DNA of 64,000 nucleotides from Utricularia gibba. Taxonomy: Eukaryota; Plantae; Magnoliophyta. Location: NCBI GenBank assembly GCA_002189035.1, contig NEEC01000027.1:1-64000 (forward strand), written 5' to 3'. Made by a program: the position numbers and the translations under genes. The notes under the pieces are model-generated. The model made no database searches. It was not told the DNA's origin and saw nothing but the letters and a program-made list of their open reading frames with translations. Every line of letters starts with the position of its first letter. The stretch's first letter is position 1. Positions 61,001-64,000 of this stretch are shown here, one piece after another.

Positions 61001-61487
61001 GAAGGTGGACAAAGTGAAGGAACTACAGGTCCTCCTGAATTACTTCTAATGATCATATTTTCTAACAAGAGGTTGCTGACAGCCATCTCTGCTTGATCAG
61101 GCCACAGGGTGCATTGTTGCCATGGTGGGTGATGGGATAAACGACGCACCTGCTCTAGTTGCAGCAGATGTAGGAATCGCCATCGGAGCAGGAACTGATA
61201 TTGCCATCGAAGCAGCCGACGTAGTCCTGATGAAGAGCAACTTGGAGGATGTAATAACTGCGATAGACCTTTCAAGAAAGACGTTCTTCAGAATCAGACT
61301 CAACTATCTCTGGTCATTGGGATACAATTGCCTAGGCATTCCTCTGGCAGCCGGTGCGCTGTTTCCCGGGATACGTTTCCGGTTGCCTCCATGGCTTGCC
61401 GGGGCAGCCATGGCAGCCTCCTCAATCAGCGTCGTTTGTAGTTCTCTTTTGCTCAAGAATTACAGAAGACCAAAGAAGTTAAACTGA
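58036..61487 (+). CDS. HMA5: P1B-1 copper-transporting ATPase, HMA5-like, 6 exons
   Basis: HMA domains GMTCSACS and [10 protein letters not shown] motif [42 protein letters not shown], and the YN and MxxSS motifs typical of Cu(I) pumps. Confidence 0.95.
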
Positions 61488-61928
61488 GTAGCAGAACTGT
61501 GGACACTTGATCTTCAGGTCTGGGGAAACCTCTGTAAATGGTTTGGGTTGGGTCAGCTAAAAAGCACACTGCTTCGGCTAACTTAACTGCTTCTCCTCGT
61601 CGGAGATGTTCAGATATTTGACTACCCGTTTCAGGTGTGACGGCCGCATATTCAAGTGATCCATATTTCAATCCCCCTCAAAAAAGAAAAACGCCAAAGA
61701 GCTTGAACTTGTCTGCGGCACAAGTGAAGGGTCTAGAAGTTTGAATCGGGAAACCAATAAGGAATCCAGTAGCAAATATCCCTACAACATATGTGGGTAC
61801 CGCCCTTAACAACATAGCAATCATACAAATTATACGACGAGTCTCGCTACTTTCAGGAGCTACAGCAAGATGACTTCCCTGGCTGTTTCATCTGCAACAT
61901 GTATATACAACACAAGAACCCGACATCA

Positions 61929-63568
61929 CTATCCGCGAGTGAGGTCGATGTCTTTCTGCGAACTCCTAACTTCTGAACGGGAAACCAGCGGCCAAACACT
62001 TGATCCAGACGCAGGAGTGAAACCTAGAGCCGAGTTGCTATTGATCAGAGTAGGAGACTTCTCGGAAGAATGCTCCAGATTTTTTTCTTTCCCTGTTGCT
62101 GAATCAGTTTTGCTCTTTACCTTTGCGCTACCATATACAAAACTGCAACCAACCACCTGCACAACACGAAGGTAGATAGAAGCCCTGAACTCTCTACAAT
62201 GATGGATGCCATGCGGTGAGGTGTGAACTGTCTGCAATGATTTAAGCAATTTTACCTGAACAGGATCTGCGGCGATGAGCTTACCACCTATTGCACCCCC
62301 AATGATATGACCATCAGGACTACAAACGGAAATACTTATACCCCCAGTTCGATCATGGGGAGCACCAGCTTCGGTGACCAAGTATGAGCCCGACAAGCAC
62401 AGTATCTCGAAATGACCCTAAAGATGTTAATGTGTCTCAGGCATCTATGAGAAGTGGCGAGATCCTCAGGCAGTACTTTTACCTCATATGTTATGGTTTC
62501 ACCAGTATTTGCTGGTTGGCGCAATGTGAGAGTAGAGACCGATCCATTTGCAGACATGATGCATAAGGCCCGTGGCCTTTGTTGTGCAAATGCAAGGATT
62601 TTCCCAGAAATATCCTGCAAACAATTGTACAAAAAATTGCTTGAGCTTATCCAATATGTCTCAGACAAGGCCAACACACCTGCACCATACCTCTCCAACT
62701 CCGACGCGCAAGACATGTGGAGTAAAAGCAAGTCCAGCGGAGCTGTTCATCCATTCACCTAGCAAGACAATGGCATATGAGGTTAAATGTTCAAAGAAGA
62801 CCGCCAGTAAAAATTTGCATTGAGCAATAATGTACATTCCAGGATGTTGACATTATAATAGCTTGCACGAGAAAATTACTCACGATGGCAAGGCGAAAGG
62901 CCTAGCCACTTGCATTTTCAAAAATGCTACCATAAGCACAAGCTATTACTTTTACTATACAAAGCATCTCCTACTTATTAATTCCTTTTACAGCCTCAAG
63001 AAATAAAATTCATACCATCAGTTTATTTAAGATTGAACAGCAAAAAGGAACACTCATAAACAGCGAGAACATACCCAGAGGAGCAAGTTTCTGCTTCCAG
63101 CCTGTTCCTGGAGGCCGCCCTCGACGTCCTTTTTCCCCAGGGCTGACCACCCAGAGGAAGAGGGCTTTGGAGCTGGTAATGGGGACAAACCTAAAGCCAT
63201 ATTTGCCCCACCAGGACCATATTTCCTAGGCCTACCCCTTTTCTTCTTCGAAGGCTGACTGTTTTGTGATCCAATTGGGACCGGTGCCGTATTTACGGCA
63301 TGCGGAAAACTAGGCTGTGAATTCTCAAGGGGAAAGGCTGAGTTGCTTGCAGCACCTCCACCAAGGCCAACATTGGTTTGAAAGGGAATGATGGGATTTG
63401 TATTGTTCTTGAAACTGGGAATTGGATGATGAATTCTACTAATCTGCGAAGAGGGCGACCCTCCCCACCACCGTGAACTGGCACTGGCCCTGTGCCGCCA
63501 GTACCGCTACCTCTACCAGGATAATAAGCAGCTGAACCTGCTAATGCCATTCCTTCTCTCCCATCCAT
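61929..63568 (-). CDS. AHL: AT-hook motif nuclear-localized protein (AHL5/11/12-like, PPC/DUF296), 5 exons; one frameshift near 63463
   Basis: MDGREGMA start, KKKRGRPRKYGP, RGRPPGTG, AFTPHV, GHFEILCLSGS and DIDLTRG*. One extra C at C4 63463-63466 puts the ATG in frame with the AT-hook. Confidence 0.92.
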
Positions 63569-64000
63569 TCATTTACTAACTAAAATTCTAACTTTGGACT
63601 AAATTAATGCAACTCAAACTTCAAATGGTTCAAACGCGTCTGATGGGGAATCAAATGAAAGTTCAAGAGGAAAAAAAAAAAACATTGAGAAAACCAACAG
63701 TAACAAGCAGGACACTGGAATGCGAAAAGTTGAAATCTCTACGAGAAGCTTATGATGCGTTCTCTAGTTTGAACTGAAGTTAACGTGACTATAACTAGAA
63801 ATCGTTCTACTACGGATTACCGAGTCTGAAACTGAACTGCCCGAGAATTGAAAAGAAAAATTCTACTGACGTGACCAAATGAAACAGAAAAGGCACGTTC
63901 CAGAATACTAAAACTGGGAAAATCGAAAATTTTAGCAGAAGTTCTTAGAGTCTCCACAAACAATGGATGGAGTGAAGAATACAGCACGAATTACTCAACA

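Noticed and set aside
1-64000. tRNA, rRNA and conserved miRNA genes, and autonomous transposon ORFs
   Set aside because: By-eye search for T-loop motifs, common miRNA sequences and RT/transposase motifs found none; a covariance-model or RepeatMasker scan would be needed to exclude divergent ones.

Overview
Left end of a flowering-plant nuclear chromosome (eukaryotic, intron-containing genes; no CRISPR, rRNA or tRNA recognised). Bases 1-714 are an Arabidopsis-type telomere (CCCTAAA)n. At 715 this changes abruptly to ~400 bp of variant heptamers organised into higher-order units. Gene-dense euchromatin follows almost immediately, with no subtelomeric buffer. It holds 16 protein-coding genes: riboflavin synthase, DUF4408/DUF761-type Pro-rich protein, ALA P4-ATPase, 71-aa Ala-rich protein, GH35 beta-galactosidase, Dof, PP2A B55, 96-aa protein, RadA, MMS19, DUF761/ACRE146-like, TINY-type ERF, WD40 JINGUBANG-like, plastidic-glucose-transporter-like, HMA5 and AHL. 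Three decayed genes that the ORF track does not show as such lie between 21.5 and 33.9 kb (PRA1.F, CHMP1/VPS46, intron-bearing RPL28) and look like post-duplication fractionation relics. Other notable details: an intronic partial copy of a B55 exon with its own acceptor, three GC-AG introns, a U12-like donor, a Tourist-like MITE and a G23 run. Four frameshifts in otherwise healthy genes can each be repaired by one extra base in a homopolymer, which most likely indicates assembly error. All homology calls come from my recognition of translated motifs, not database searches. I found no convincing wholly new multi-gene system.
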